Source: Nemertoderma westbladi | Lineage: Eukaryota; Animalia; Xenacoelomorpha | Direction: 5' to 3' | Assembly (NCBI GenBank): GCA_032718475.1 | Contig: JAUCBJ010002621.1 | Coordinates: 1 to 38,590 of the forward strand | Length of the DNA: 38,590 nt | Part shown: positions 20,784 through 32,370 of the stretch, in pieces | How the letters are laid out: each line of letters starts with the position of its first letter | How positions within the stretch are numbered: the first letter of the stretch is position 1 | Translations under genes and position numbers: made by a program | The notes under the pieces: model-generated | Database searches by the model: none | What the model was told of the DNA's origin: nothing | The model's input: the letters and a program-made list of their open reading frames with translations, nothing else

Positions 20784-21710
20784 TACACATAATCACGAAT
20801 TCTTGATAGAAGCATTGTAACAACAAATAAATATCATCCGCGTTTCCCCTACCAGACGTGCGTCTTTGGTATTATTACGATAAATACCCTAGACCCAACT
20901 AATAAACGGAAAGACACAAACATCCACGGAAACGTTGCGCTAAACACCGTTTTACACGATATATCTATGGGAGTTTCGAGCGAAACTTGTTCGACATATC
21001 ACCTACGCTCGCTCAACTCAGACGATCCTTAAGTACACCTACGATCAGAGTTCCGGAATACTCGGTCAGACCTCCTCATTCTTTAGTTGGACCTCAGACT
21101 TGCGATTCTGGTGGTGTCGCGGATCCTCGCGGACTGTATTCACTGTTCAAAGATCTAGTGCTACCCTAACAATTAATCGGTAACACTCTGACAGTGATTT
21201 CTAGCTAGCCGCCCATCTTACCTAGCCGGATTGGGATGCGGACACCTAATATCACCATTCAACCGTGTGGTCGTCCCAGTTTAACGCGATACAACCCTTC
21301 ATCAAGGTGAAGGAGAGCGTTGTACGAAACGAGTTAAACGCTATTCTACAAAGATCAGAAAGGAAACCTGCGTTTGTTCAGATAAACGTAAGTTATAACA
21401 GCAAGTCCAAGCGGTAAACGAATTGGCTTTATCTCAGTTCGATTGGGAAATCTTGAATCTCTAAGAAGATATCGAGCTTAGACAACCCTATTCTCTGCGA
21501 GAGTTTTGGACGAGCGTGTCCAACGACAAGCGGAGGAAAATCAGCTCGAGGAGAAGCAGATCGAAATGGACGAGACACTGACCGTAACCCTAAACCTTCT
21601 GATGCAATTGTATTGCACCCTTCACCCAGGAGTTATAGCCCTCCTAGTAAAGTGGCTCTCCCCAAAGACTTTGACTTTGACTAATTTTTGAAATAAAAAT
21701 AATTATTAAT

Positions 21711-21931
21711 GTGGGGCGAGCCACGAAGTGAGTGAGCCTTAGCGTAGTGGTACCATTAATCAACCTGTCGTTCTGTCGTTCTGTCTCGTTTTTTTTTCAG
21801 TATTTTATTTTAAACGTTAATAACTCGGCCAATCCTTCTTGAAATCTATTCAAACTTGATACACATGTTGTTTGGCAAAAGTTTGAAAATTTTCCAAGTA
21901 GATAGGCAAGCGTGGGGCCTTCGTGCAGCAT
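21711..21931 (+). mobile_element. Short non-autonomous Helentron/HINE (DINE-1-like) element
   Basis: Head gtggggcgagccacgaag...gagccttagcg shared with 25288-25321 (reverse), ctgtcgtt microsatellite, aaacttg motif, and tail gtggggccttcgtgcagca shared with 24793 and 30476. Confidence 0.55.
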
Positions 21932-22125
21932 CAGTGTTATTGCAGTTATAATAAATTTATTTATCCAAATTTAAAACGCGTTAAATTATTATTACTATAG
22001 AATATAAGAAATTTTGCAATTCTGCAGGTACCATACACTGCAGACATACCATATCATGTAATCTAATTAAACATGGCTCCGCCAACCCTTGCGGTGATTA
22101 TAGTTGAGGCCTAATTAGCCCAGTA

Positions 22126-23040
22126 CCAGTGTAACAGGAAAATATGCCCCCCCGGGAAATGTGCCCGGGGGGGCATATTTTCCTAGGAAAAAATGCCCCC
22201 CCGGGCAAATTTCCCTAGGAAAAAATGCCCCCCCTTAGGAAATTATGCCCCCCCTGAATTATACAATAAACAAAACTTATTACTACTAAAACTTACAAAA
22301 ATTATACAAAACAATAAACAGTCACTTTACCAAATGAAGGAAAGGAGCAGGTTACAGAGGCAGGCCTTTCTAACCAAAACAATAAACGATCATTTAACTA
22401 ATTGAGGGAAAGGAGCAGGTTACAGAGGCGGGATTTTCTAACCAAAACAATAAACAGTCACTTTAGCAAATCAGGGAAAGGAGCAGGTTACAGAGACAGG
22501 ATTTTCTAACCAAAACAATAAACGATATCATTACCAATTGAGAGAAAGGAGCAGGTTACAGAGGCGGGATTTTCTAACCAAAACAATAAACAATCACTTT
22601 ACCAAATCAGGGAAAGGAGCAGGTTAGACTTAAAAAAGCTTGGAGCTGCCCGGCGCCCACACAACACCACACACTCGCACTGCTGTTATACCAGTAGTTA
22701 CTACAGTAGCCTACTGACTTAGATACTTCAGTATGCTGTTCTACATCCCTTACTGCCTTACCTGCTTACCTACCGGCAGACCGGTACCGTACTATTCTTC
22801 CAACTATTACAAGTTCTGCAGTTGGTAGATTAAATGTGGCTACCAGCAGACCGGTATCGTACCAGTTTTCAGACTTTTGAGGGGGGCTAATTTTCCTGAG
22901 GGGAGGCATTATTTCCTAAGGAGAAAATGCCCCCCCGGGCTAAATTTCCTAGGAAAAATTGCCCGGGGGGACATAATATCCTAGGAAATAATGCCCCGTG
23001 GGGCATATTCTAGGGGGGGCTGATTTCCTTGTGACACCAG
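22126..23040. mobile_element. MITE-like element with C/G-run-rich subterminal repeats and an internal minisatellite
   Basis: Ends ccagtgtaacaggaaaat and atttccttgtgacaccag form an imperfect inverted pair; both ends (about 130-160 bp) are built from cctaggaaaa, gccccccc and cccggggg units; no coding capacity. Confidence 0.72.
22309..22626. repeat. 68-bp tandem repeat, about 4.7 copies, alternating A/B variants
   Basis: aaaggagcaggtta at 22341, 22409, 22477, 22545 and 22613. Confidence 0.93.
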
Positions 23041-23780
23041 CACCGGTAATAATAATATAATACAGTAATAGTTTAGATAGTTACCGCTAATCATTCAGTC
23101 ATTGGCACGGTACACCATATTGCTGTACTGCCGTTGTAGTGCGCACCGTATGTACCACCCTACTACCGGTACCGGCTGACCACGTGACCGGTGGCAACAA
23201 GCACGTCAACACTTGCACAGCAACAGCACTACCGGCGATACACAGGTTTGAATTTATGTAGAGTTTGCTCAACAGTACAGATATAAAATAGTTATCTGAA
23301 TTATATATATTACTATTGACAAGTATTGAAATATATACCGTTATTCGTGTTATCAGTATTTGCAACATCTGACATTGAAGAGGTGAGAGAAGATGAATAC
23401 CTAAACAGTGTGTATTATTTTCGTTTACTGTTCTTATAGTCTATTTATTAGGTGTGGTATTAGTGTGTTTTGTTACTTAGTGGGAATTATTATTATTGTG
23501 TGTTTTATTCACTTTGAATTCGTACGGTCCAATAAATTTAATGTTAATTAATTAGCCATTTATACAAAGTTTTTATGATAGTATAATAGGAAGTTAGAGT
23601 CATTATACTGTAGATCTCGAGTTATTTTAGATTGTCTATAGCGTATTACATCATGAACGAACAATGCGAAATAAACTAAACCCTATATATTGGACCACCT
23701 ATTATCAATCGCAGTAAACTACCGCATTTCCAAGGCCATTCCTATGAACTGATGCCACAACTCATCCAAAAACTTATAAA

Positions 23781-24371
23781 ATGCCACGCAGGAAGGGAAA
23801 TAGAAACAACTGTGAATCATGTGGGATTTTTTTAACATTAGCTAGAGCTACACTAAACGGTTTTTGTTACCGGTGCGAAATAGCCATATTAGATAAAAAT
23901 AACAGGCCTGCTGTACAACAAATTTTGGGGCAGGAGTCTATAGCAGTTGGCAGTAGATATTCCCAGTTTATCACTTCCCATCACTTCATCACTCCTGATC
24001 ACTTTCCATCAATGACACCCGCACTCCAAGCAGGAGTAGATTTATCTTTAGGTGCCGTTTCTTCAACCAGTAAAAATTCAATAATTGTTATTGGAATAGA
24101 CAGCAACGCTCACTTGCGGTATCTTCTGTGTCATCGTCCAGAAACCAATGGGTGGCATTGCGACCATCATATTGAAGTGGATCAGCGTCGAAATAGAGGG
24201 GAATCTCAACTGCTCTCTGCTCCTGTTAGTGTATCGGTTGCAGTTAGAGATCAACCCAACCCCACAACTTGTTACCCTCCCAATTGGTCTGTCAGTTCCG
24301 AGGCGGAGCTCAGCAGCCAGCTGAGTTATGAGGTACTCTTCAACTCCCGATGTTGCCTTACTCAATGTTAA
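23781..24371 (+). CDS. Hypothetical protein with an N-terminal CxxC...CxxC zinc-finger-like motif
   Basis: MPRRKGNRNNCESCGIFLTLARATLNGFCYRC; 196-codon ATG-initiated ORF in AT-rich context. Confidence 0.35.
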   Translation: MPRRKGNRNNCESCGIFLTLARATLNGFCYRCEIAILDKNNRPAVQQILGQESIAVGSRYSQFITSHHFITPDHFPSMTPALQAGVDLSLGAVSSTSKNSIIVIGIDSNAHLRYLLCHRPETNGWHCDHHIEVDQRRNRGESQLLSAPVSVSVAVRDQPNPTTCYPPNWSVSSEAELSSQLSYEVLFNSRCCLTQC

Positions 24372-24792
24372 AATAATTTAGTGTTCTCGAATATTTATTA
24401 CGTAACTAGAGAGCCGCTTAACTACATAAACCAATATTGGATATTGAGTTCCGTTTTGGAGTTCGTCTTACAAACACTAAAGTTGCAATAACTTTTGAGT
24501 GTGTGAATGGATTTTGCTAAAAAAAACTTTCAAACCTTTTCTACGTCGATTCTATTTCACCACATGTAATAAAATTTAAAAAATTCGACCAAAAATGTTT
24601 TACTTTAAAGTAAAATCAAGGCAATGCTTACTAATTGATTCAAGCGAGTACATTCGAGCGAAAAAGTGACAATTTAAGAATAAAATGCATTTATAACTGG
24701 TAAAAAATGATGTTTTGAGACTTTGCCATTATAATGAAAAATATAATTATCATTATACTATTATCAATACCATCATAACAAAAATACACGAA

Positions 24793-25175
24793 GTGGGGAC
24801 TTCGCGCAGCACGAAGTTGGCAGAGCCTTAGCGAATTGACACTGTTAGGGGGTAGGTCAATTTATGCAAATAGTCACGTTGGCCCTCTAGCGGCAGACTG
24901 GAGAACTGCAGATGGATTCGCCTCCTTTGAAAGTCACAGCTAATGGTCTAATACATATCTGCCAAGTTTCAGCTTAAACGGATTAAAAGCAAAGAAATGG
25001 GAGGGCATTTAATGTTTAGACATGTGGCCCTCTAGCGGGAGACCATTGCACTGATGGTGTCTGAAAGTCTCTCAAAAATCTCAACTTTTGCTCATATTGA
25101 TACCTACAAATTTTCAACTTGGCAGCTTTAAATCCGACAAAGTTATTAGCATGTCAAAATCGTAACGACGACGAC

Positions 25176-25223
<48 letters not shown>

Positions 25224-25321
25224 AACGACGACGACGACGACGACAACTATTTGCATAAATTGACCCACCCCCTAACAGTGTCAATTCGCTAAGGCTCCGC
25301 CAACTTCGTGGCTCGCCCCAC
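24793..25321 (-). mobile_element. Helentron/HINE-like non-autonomous element with 64-bp inverted arms and a (GTC)n microsatellite
   Basis: 24810-24873 and 25247-25310 are inverted copies (62/64 identical by eye); (CGA)n at about 25166-25246; gaaacttggca motif on the minus strand near 24960; terminal motifs shared with 21711-21931. Confidence 0.7.
25166..25246. repeat. (CGA)n/(TCG)n microsatellite
   Basis: About 27 trinucleotide units with occasional CAA. Confidence 0.95.
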
Positions 25322-25611
25322 AATTATCATTATTTTTGCTGCACGGGCTAACTGCATACCGAAATCTTATATTTTGTCAGAGAATCATTTAATTTCATTG
25401 CGTATTTCATTTCAATTTCATGGCCTGCAACTCCATTGACTCCCTTTATGGCATCTTCACTGCCAAGTGATATCAAAGCTGCAAGCCAGATCCGTTTTGA
25501 CATCCGGATCTATGTTACATTCAATCGCGTCTGCAGCTACAACCCACATTTGAGTTATGCGCGATGCCTTCGAATATTGGTAATAGAATATTATACACCA
25601 TGAATATCCTA

Positions 25612-25925
25612 TCAGATGGTTTTGGAAGGTTCATAATTGCAGACGAAACAGACCAGTCCAGAAACAGAAAAGTCCATACACAGATTGAATGTTAATTTCT
25701 TAGTGATGAGCGCAGTGAAGAGGCTTGCCTGGAATGGGGTGTTTGCTGGAAGTATCGGAAACCGTATGAAAAATGCCCTGTTATATTCGGGCTCCAAAAT
25801 GGCCAATGTCGATCCATCCCTACGTCATCAAATCTAAGAATCTTTGCAGACCTCGCCGAGGATATGGTAAATAGGAGGGCAATACTACCACCGACATCTC
25901 CCAATACTATCATTTTGTCGAACCT
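25612..25925 (-). pseudogene. Relic of an unrecognised protein gene (copy B), related to 19945-20265
   Basis: FDKMIVLGDVGGSIALLFT...RFDDVG[1-nt deletion]GSTLAILEPEYNRAFFIRFPIL aligns without gaps to copy A. Confidence 0.4.
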
Positions 25926-27490
25926 TTTCTCTGCGGAAATGTTTGTACATTTGCTGGGGTTTCACATTTTGTTAAATTCAATGAAGGACCTCCTTTTGCA
26001 GGGATGTTCCTCAATTATAATGTTTTCCATAATCTGCATTAAATAGTTTTAATTATTTTGTTTATTTTTATTTTTAATTTTATTTTATTCATTTTTATAT
26101 TTTATATTAATTAAGTAAATTAATGAATGAATACAAATGAAACTTATACATAGGCCTACAGTTCAGTATTTAATTATTTTTTTAGTGTTTCATTTAATTT
26201 TATTAGGTATATTTATTATAAAAAAGTATTGTGTCATTATTGGCATTATTTATTAATTACTTCAGCAATTATTCTTATATTTTGTAATTTGTACACTTCC
26301 TAAAAGATAATAAATTATCTTATTGTTTGATTTATTCAAAATGTCATGTTTACTTTTAGGTACCTTCTTGCTGCTACAAATCAAGCATTGCAGAAATCTG
26401 CAACTGCAGCGCAAGATCTCCTATCATTACAATCATATGCCAGAATTTATCCAACCTTTATGTTCTTGATCGCATAAAATATAATATATACCTTCCCAAG
26501 ATGTATTTCTTGCTTTGGCCGTACATTGCCATCCTTGGAATGCATAATGAACTTGCCAAAGGAAGATACATCTTGGGGTTAATATAATAATATTGTGATC
26601 TGTGTTGGAAGAAGAAATTGAGCAATGGGGTTCACGACTCAAATTCAAAACCAGCTTAATTAGATGCAATAATATCCCAGAAATGGAGAACGGAGAGTAC
26701 TTGGGGCAATGGCAAGGAGTAGCGAATACGGTAAGTAAATGGGACAACGGAAACGGAAGGGAGGGGCTAATACGGCGAACAGGGGGTACCCGGATAGCCG
26801 GAACAATGACGAGTTGGAGTGAATAGGGTATACAGCGAATGGGAGGTACCCGGGGGCGGGACAATGGCAAGGAGCAGCGAATATGGCGAACAGGGTGTAC
26901 TGTACATGTACTCCTGGAGCTGGACCAATGACAAGGAGCGAATACGGTGTTGGTGTACAGCGAACGGGAGGTACCCGGGGCTGGAATCAATCAATCAAAC
27001 AATCAATCCCATTTGACCCATGCACATGATATTTATAAATATACTTTTATTAGAAATTTTCAAAAAACAGCACTTTTCAACAGCTTGTAAACCATAAAAT
27101 TGTTTAAGTTTGATTGTTTTCCTATTAAAATATAGAAAGTTTTACATTTTCAAAAATTAATTAAATTCTTTAATCTGGTTAACAGACACTGCTAACCCAT
27201 GCACAAAGCACAACAATGTCAGCAGTAATTTTCTAAGTGAAAAAATTTCGAAACAAAAAGCTTCGGCACACAGTTTAATTAACATCCTTATACTTAATTT
27301 CTGACATAGGTTTTTAACTTACTCACTATCCTAAAGAATATCTGCTGTTTAAATGACGTTTTGGAGGTAAATTTAAACTGCTTTTGAATATTTATTGATC
27401 ATTTGTGTACCGGTATTTACTATGCCTAAATAGAGGATTGTTTGTACTGATACAGCTATAATATGGCTAATGAGGCCTAATTGACTAATA

Positions 27491-28400
27491 ATGTTATGGT
27501 CTACAACATTGAACGAATTCTTTGGTTCTTCTTGTCAGTTGGATCCAACAAATGCAACGGTTTTGCCGACAGCTCTCCAGTGCATGAAGCACATACTATT
27601 TTTACGTGAACAAAAACAAAATGGTACCTCAAATACTAGACAAGAGATGAGAAGTTGTGCTGCAGCAATCCTACAAATATGGGCAAAGGCTGGTGGAATA
27701 CCAACTGTTTCATCGGTCACTCGACTTGGTAGCTGCCTATTCGAGCTATTCAATCGCAGTAAGAAACTTCAAAAAATCCCACTATCTCGGAGGGACAATA
27801 AGGATACGGTAAAGCAATTTACAAACTATAAGCACGAGTTGTCACTCTTGTTTGATGTTGCTGCCTGCAAATGTCGAATTCAACGCAATTGTTGTTGTCC
27901 CCGAGACAAAAAAGTTCCTGATCTTGAATGGGACTTTTTGTGTGATCAGCGCAATAAACGATTAATGTTTATGTCGTCAATAGACAGAGAAGCAACTCGA
28001 AAACTACACTCTAAAATGGTTCGAAGGAAAGCTAATGAAAAAACTCACCACAGTGTCAGCCCAAGTATTTCGAACGAGAATATTACCGGTAATGAATGCG
28101 ATATTGAACCATATTGCCCGGAAGAAGATGTGGCGATTGATATCTGAATATTCCTCCACAGGTGACAATGATAGTGTTTTTATATTGTTGAACTTTCGAG
28201 GCATGATATTACATCAGTAGAAATAGAAACACGGAAGAAGAGTACGAGTTCATGTTTGTAACCAAGTATTTCCAAAATTGCTGATCGTTATGAGGTTAGT
28301 GATCGGGCTACAGCTGCTATTTGTTCTGCCACTATTGCTGATTTGAATGTAAACTCGGATGTCATTGACAAAAATAAAATACGAAATGCTAGGATGAAAC
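27491..28400 (+). pseudogene. DNA transposase N-terminal fragment, hAT-like (possibly hATm type)
   Basis: LPT..QC, IWAKAGGIPTV, LFDVAACKC...CCC...KVPDLEWDFLCDQR..RLMFMSSID; after the stop, a later segment reads IADRYEVSDRATAAICSA..D....VIDKNKIR. Catalytic region absent; subfamily call is from memory. Confidence 0.62.
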
Positions 28401-29819
28401 AAACAGCACGGCCCAGCATCACGAATCCATTTGTAGGTGCTGTGGGTTGTAGGAGAAGGGAAGTGTGTTCTTGACTCCAACAGTCACCTAAGAATGTTAA
28501 CATATTCATAGATTTAAAATTGTAACACTGGGCACCCTGGTGCAATCATTAATCTCAATTATTGTGCCTCAATTATTATTATTATTTATTATATTACGAT
28601 AGCGTTTACCCCCCCTGAAGTATCAAACTCTTACCCACTCTACCCCCCCTCTTTGCAACTTGCCACATCAATTTATTATATATATTATATATAAAAATAA
28701 TATTCCCCCACAGCCCACACCCACCTCCTACTTTCTCACTCCCTCTCTGTGATCTCTTAGACCACTCAACCTACCACCTATCATATCAGCCCTAGCAATC
28801 TTGATATTAGAGTTAGACACTACATTCCCTCTGCCTCCAACTTGCTGCACAAACAAACCTCCATAAAATAAATTATTCAATAACAAAATGAAAGCTGAGG
28901 CAAAGACGACTTGGGTTGATGTGTATGTAATATTAGGCCATTCTACCCAATCAACATGTTGATCCACTAGGTGTGGTTCTGATTATAGTTATATTGGTTG
29001 TTGTAGGCTCTTCCAAATACAATATGCCACCCTGCCTACATTCCACTTAAATGATGGATGAAACATTCAAAAGCCAATCTGCCATTGGCTACTATTCAAT
29101 TTGTTTCTCTGGGTTGCAGTACTTCAGTGTTGTTACACAGGCAATATTCAGATATTAGCCTGAAACTGTAATCAGCTTAGATCTGCAGATACTGAGATAG
29201 TTTTATATACAAGAGGACTCCCCATCCCTTAGGCCATAACCAGGCCACTTTATTTATATATTTTATTGTGCTATGTAATATTTTGAAATTGTTTTATGCA
29301 TGAATATGGTGCTGTGTGTCTAAGAAGTTCAAACATTATCACTGTTACAAGGGCTGAAGGGAGCTTTTAATTTATATAGTGTAGGGTGTAGGTATACTGT
29401 TAATATATTAGTAGGCCTATAGTAGGAGTAGCTGCACCATACCGTCTGTCTATTGTTTGCAATTTTTATTGCTATTCCCATGGGATATACTAAGTATGTC
29501 ATGTATGGCGCTGCATGAAATACCTAGTACGTCAAACATTTAATGTCAACCAAAGGGCAATGGCCCAGAAAAATTTATCAAAATAATATGTTCCTTTTGG
29601 TCTACCATAGCTTCATGCACTAAAGTATTATATATAGATTTTACTTAGTTCGAAAATAACACCTGTGAAAATATAAGGATTCTCGCAGGACACTTTATTT
29701 TTGAATCAGTATGCAAAGGGTTAAAGTAGGCAATTAAATAAAATAAATAAAATAAATTAAATATGGAAATTACTATAGTACTATTACTATAGTAGCAATA
29801 CTTTGGGTTTTACTTTTGG

Positions 29820-30413
29820 TACCTAGACCTAAACCTTAAACACAACCCCAATAATGGACTCATTAATACTAGTGTATTTTTCAAACCCTTATCCCACAAA
29901 CTACCAATACCTTATAATAGTTTCCATAGTAACCACCTTTTACAATCAGTGGAGAAAGGTAAACTGACTAGGTTTTGGCGTTTAACCGGAGATACTATTG
30001 AATATAATAAGGCGAGAGACAGATATCTAACTGATTGTTTTGTATCTGGCTACCCACGTGATTTCCTGGACCGTTTGAGACATGATGATATATGTATGAA
30101 TAATGAAGTGAAGACTAAAGTACATAGGAATGATATTTATAATGTATATATTTCATTGAATGGTTATTTTGGACCATCATCTGTGAAACACAAGATGATT
30201 AAGAAACACAAGAGAGGATTCGTCAGACATATAAGAAAATGTCGAAAAAATCATCCAAATCAAAAGATTATTCAATGCCCAAATATTGAATCACACTTCT
30301 TTGCTGAAGCGGAAAAAGTGCATCATTTGAAATACTGTCAATACAGGAATGGTAAATCGATTTACAAAAAAGGTGTAATGAAAGAAGAAAAAAAGGTATA
30401 TAATGAAAGATGA
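29820..30413 (+). pseudogene. Penelope-like retroelement RT C-terminus/thumb fragment
   Basis: In frame upstream of ORF 29949: YLDLNL...INTSVFFKP...IPYNSFHSNHL, then LTRFWRL...SGYPRDFL, matching the FLD-T.VY.KP-S.H-GYP series of PLE RTs; no GIY-YIG motif seen. Confidence 0.65.
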
Positions 30414-30496
30414 AAAAAGAATGGAATGGCCAGAAGAAGCGTTGGACTGATTAACACGGTAAATAAAACACGTTCGTGGGACCTTCGCGCAGCATC

Positions 30497-32100
30497 CCCG
30501 AAAAGAATGAGTACATTCATAAGATGATTAGGAAGTATGTCGAGAAAGGATGGGCCGTAGAGTTACCGGTCGACGAACCAAACACGGACAGGACCTATTA
30601 CCTGCCACTCCATGTGGCTCTAGATCCGAAGAAAGGTAAACTGCGGATGGTAGTTGACGCATCGGCTAAGACCAACGGCAAATGCCTAAACGATTATCTG
30701 TTGGAGGGTCCCAATATCTATAACTCAGGGATCGAGGTCCTACTCAGATTCAGGAACGGGAAACACGCCTTCACCTGCGACATCGAAGGCATGTTCAACC
30801 AAGTCCGTGTAACGGAAGAGGATAGCGACAGTCAGCGCTTCCTATGGTACAACGGCGACAACAATACCGATGTACAAGATGGTAGTACAGAATATGGGGG
30901 CCAAGTCATCCTCTTTCACGACGACTGTGGCCGTGAGGGACACGGTAGAAGGGAAGGAAGATAAATATAGCGCCAAAGCCGTCGATATGATTCGACGCGG
31001 CTTCTATGTAGACGACGGGATGGAGTCTGGAAATACGGTTAAGGAACTACTGGATACGGGGCGCGAGGTTCGCGACATCCTAAAAGGATCCTGGTTTAAC
31101 CTAACCAAGTTCCAATCCAGCTCGCAAGAGTTCATGAAAGCCATAGAGGATAGGAGGCCAGAGTCGACCATGGGTAATCCCACGACAGCCAAGGGACAGG
31201 ACATGGCGAACAAAAGGGTAGAGTCCCAACAGAAGGCATTAGGGATCGTGTGGAACCGAGAGACAGACGAGTTGAAGTACCAGTTAAGCCTGGAGGGGGC
31301 GGACATCCACACAAAGAGGGGCTATGTATCGTACATAGCAAGGATATACGATCCCTTAGGCCTAGCATCCCCATTACTAGTCACGGGGAAGCAAATACTT
31401 AAGAAGGTATACAAGCTAAAGGACGAGTAGGACACAGAGGTACCGGAAGAGATCAGCAAGCAGTGGTGCAAGTGGACAGAGAGTTTAGAGCAGATGGGAA
31501 CATAGAGCATGCCACGTGTGTATTTCCCGGATGGGGACATGACGAATCTGGATCTACATATGTTCTCCGACGCGTCATTAGAGGCATACGGAGCGGCACT
31601 CTACTTAGTACAACGAGAGGGGGCTCACAAGCCCAGACTCGCATTCAGCAAAGCGAAGTCGACACCGCCAGATTCAGCATCAGTTCTGAAATTCGAGTTG
31701 ACAGCTGCGAGGTTAGGAGTTAGGGCCACAGCCCTAACTCCTTGATGGACGCTATTCCCAACATAGTGGAAACCCACTACTGGACGGACTCCATGGTAGT
31801 GCTTGGTTGGCTACACAATGAAAGGACGAGATACCCTATATTCGTCGCAAATAGGGTGGACGAAATAGGAGCAACGACGGAATTGGAAAGGTGGCACTAA
31901 TGCCCAATGGATGAGAACCCAGCGGACTTGTTATCGAGGGGCGTGGCACGCCCTACTTTCTTGAAGAAGGAAGTACTGTGGCAGCACGGGCCGCAATTCC
32001 TGAACAACAGGACAGCCTGGCCACCGATGAAGAAGGTGGACCTGGGCTCAGGGGAAGTAGCACTAGAGGAGGAAGGAGGAGATTCGGAAGCTGAGGAGAT
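30497..32100 (+). mobile_element. BEL/Pao pol fragment (RT plus RNase H), with stops and frameshifts
   Basis: YYLPLHV, LRMVVDASA, CLNDYLLEGP, CDIEGMFNQV, FYVDDG, FNLTKF, KALGIVWN, TKR...IYDPLG, LHMFSDAS..AYGA, YWTDSMVVL, FVANRV, NPADLLSRG, WQHGPQFL. Confidence 0.93.
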
Positions 32101-32101
32101 A

Positions 32102-32209
32102 TATAGCCAGATGGTGAGGGCTTCATTTTCTTTTCTCTTTGACTTAAGTTTGCTTTATAGCCAGATGGTGAGGGCTTCATTTTCTTTTCTCTTTGACTAA
32201 AGTTTGCTT
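32102..32209. repeat. 54-bp tandem duplication at the end of the BEL fragment
   Basis: tatagccagatggtgagggcttcattttcttttctctttgact.aagtttgctt at 32102 and 32156. Confidence 0.93.
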
Positions 32210-32370
32210 GTGTTTTGTTCTTTTTAAATTCATTGATTGAAGTAGTACAATGGTTGGGGGGAACATCCTTGTCCTTTTTTTTTATAATATTCTATAGTTC
32301 TAGTTATATCTGTGTAATCTCTATGGGCGTCAGTGGCCCAGATTAAAATAAAATAAATAAATAAATAAAT

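Noticed and set aside
20830-21691. Possible 5' region (PBS/UTR/gag start) of another LTR retrotransposon
   Set aside because: Composition resembles the BEL fragment and short coiled-coil-like ORFs exist, but no diagnostic motif, LTR or convincing PBS could be identified.
22193-22405. 70-aa ORF in the MITE-like element
   Set aside because: Spans terminal repeats and the minisatellite; no coding features.
25114-25323. Protamine-like poly-Arg ORF
   Set aside because: Translation of the (CGA/TCG)n microsatellite inside a non-autonomous element.
26433-27016. Overlapping ORFs on both strands
   Set aside because: Arise from a GC-richer degenerate repeat patch; no recognisable domain.
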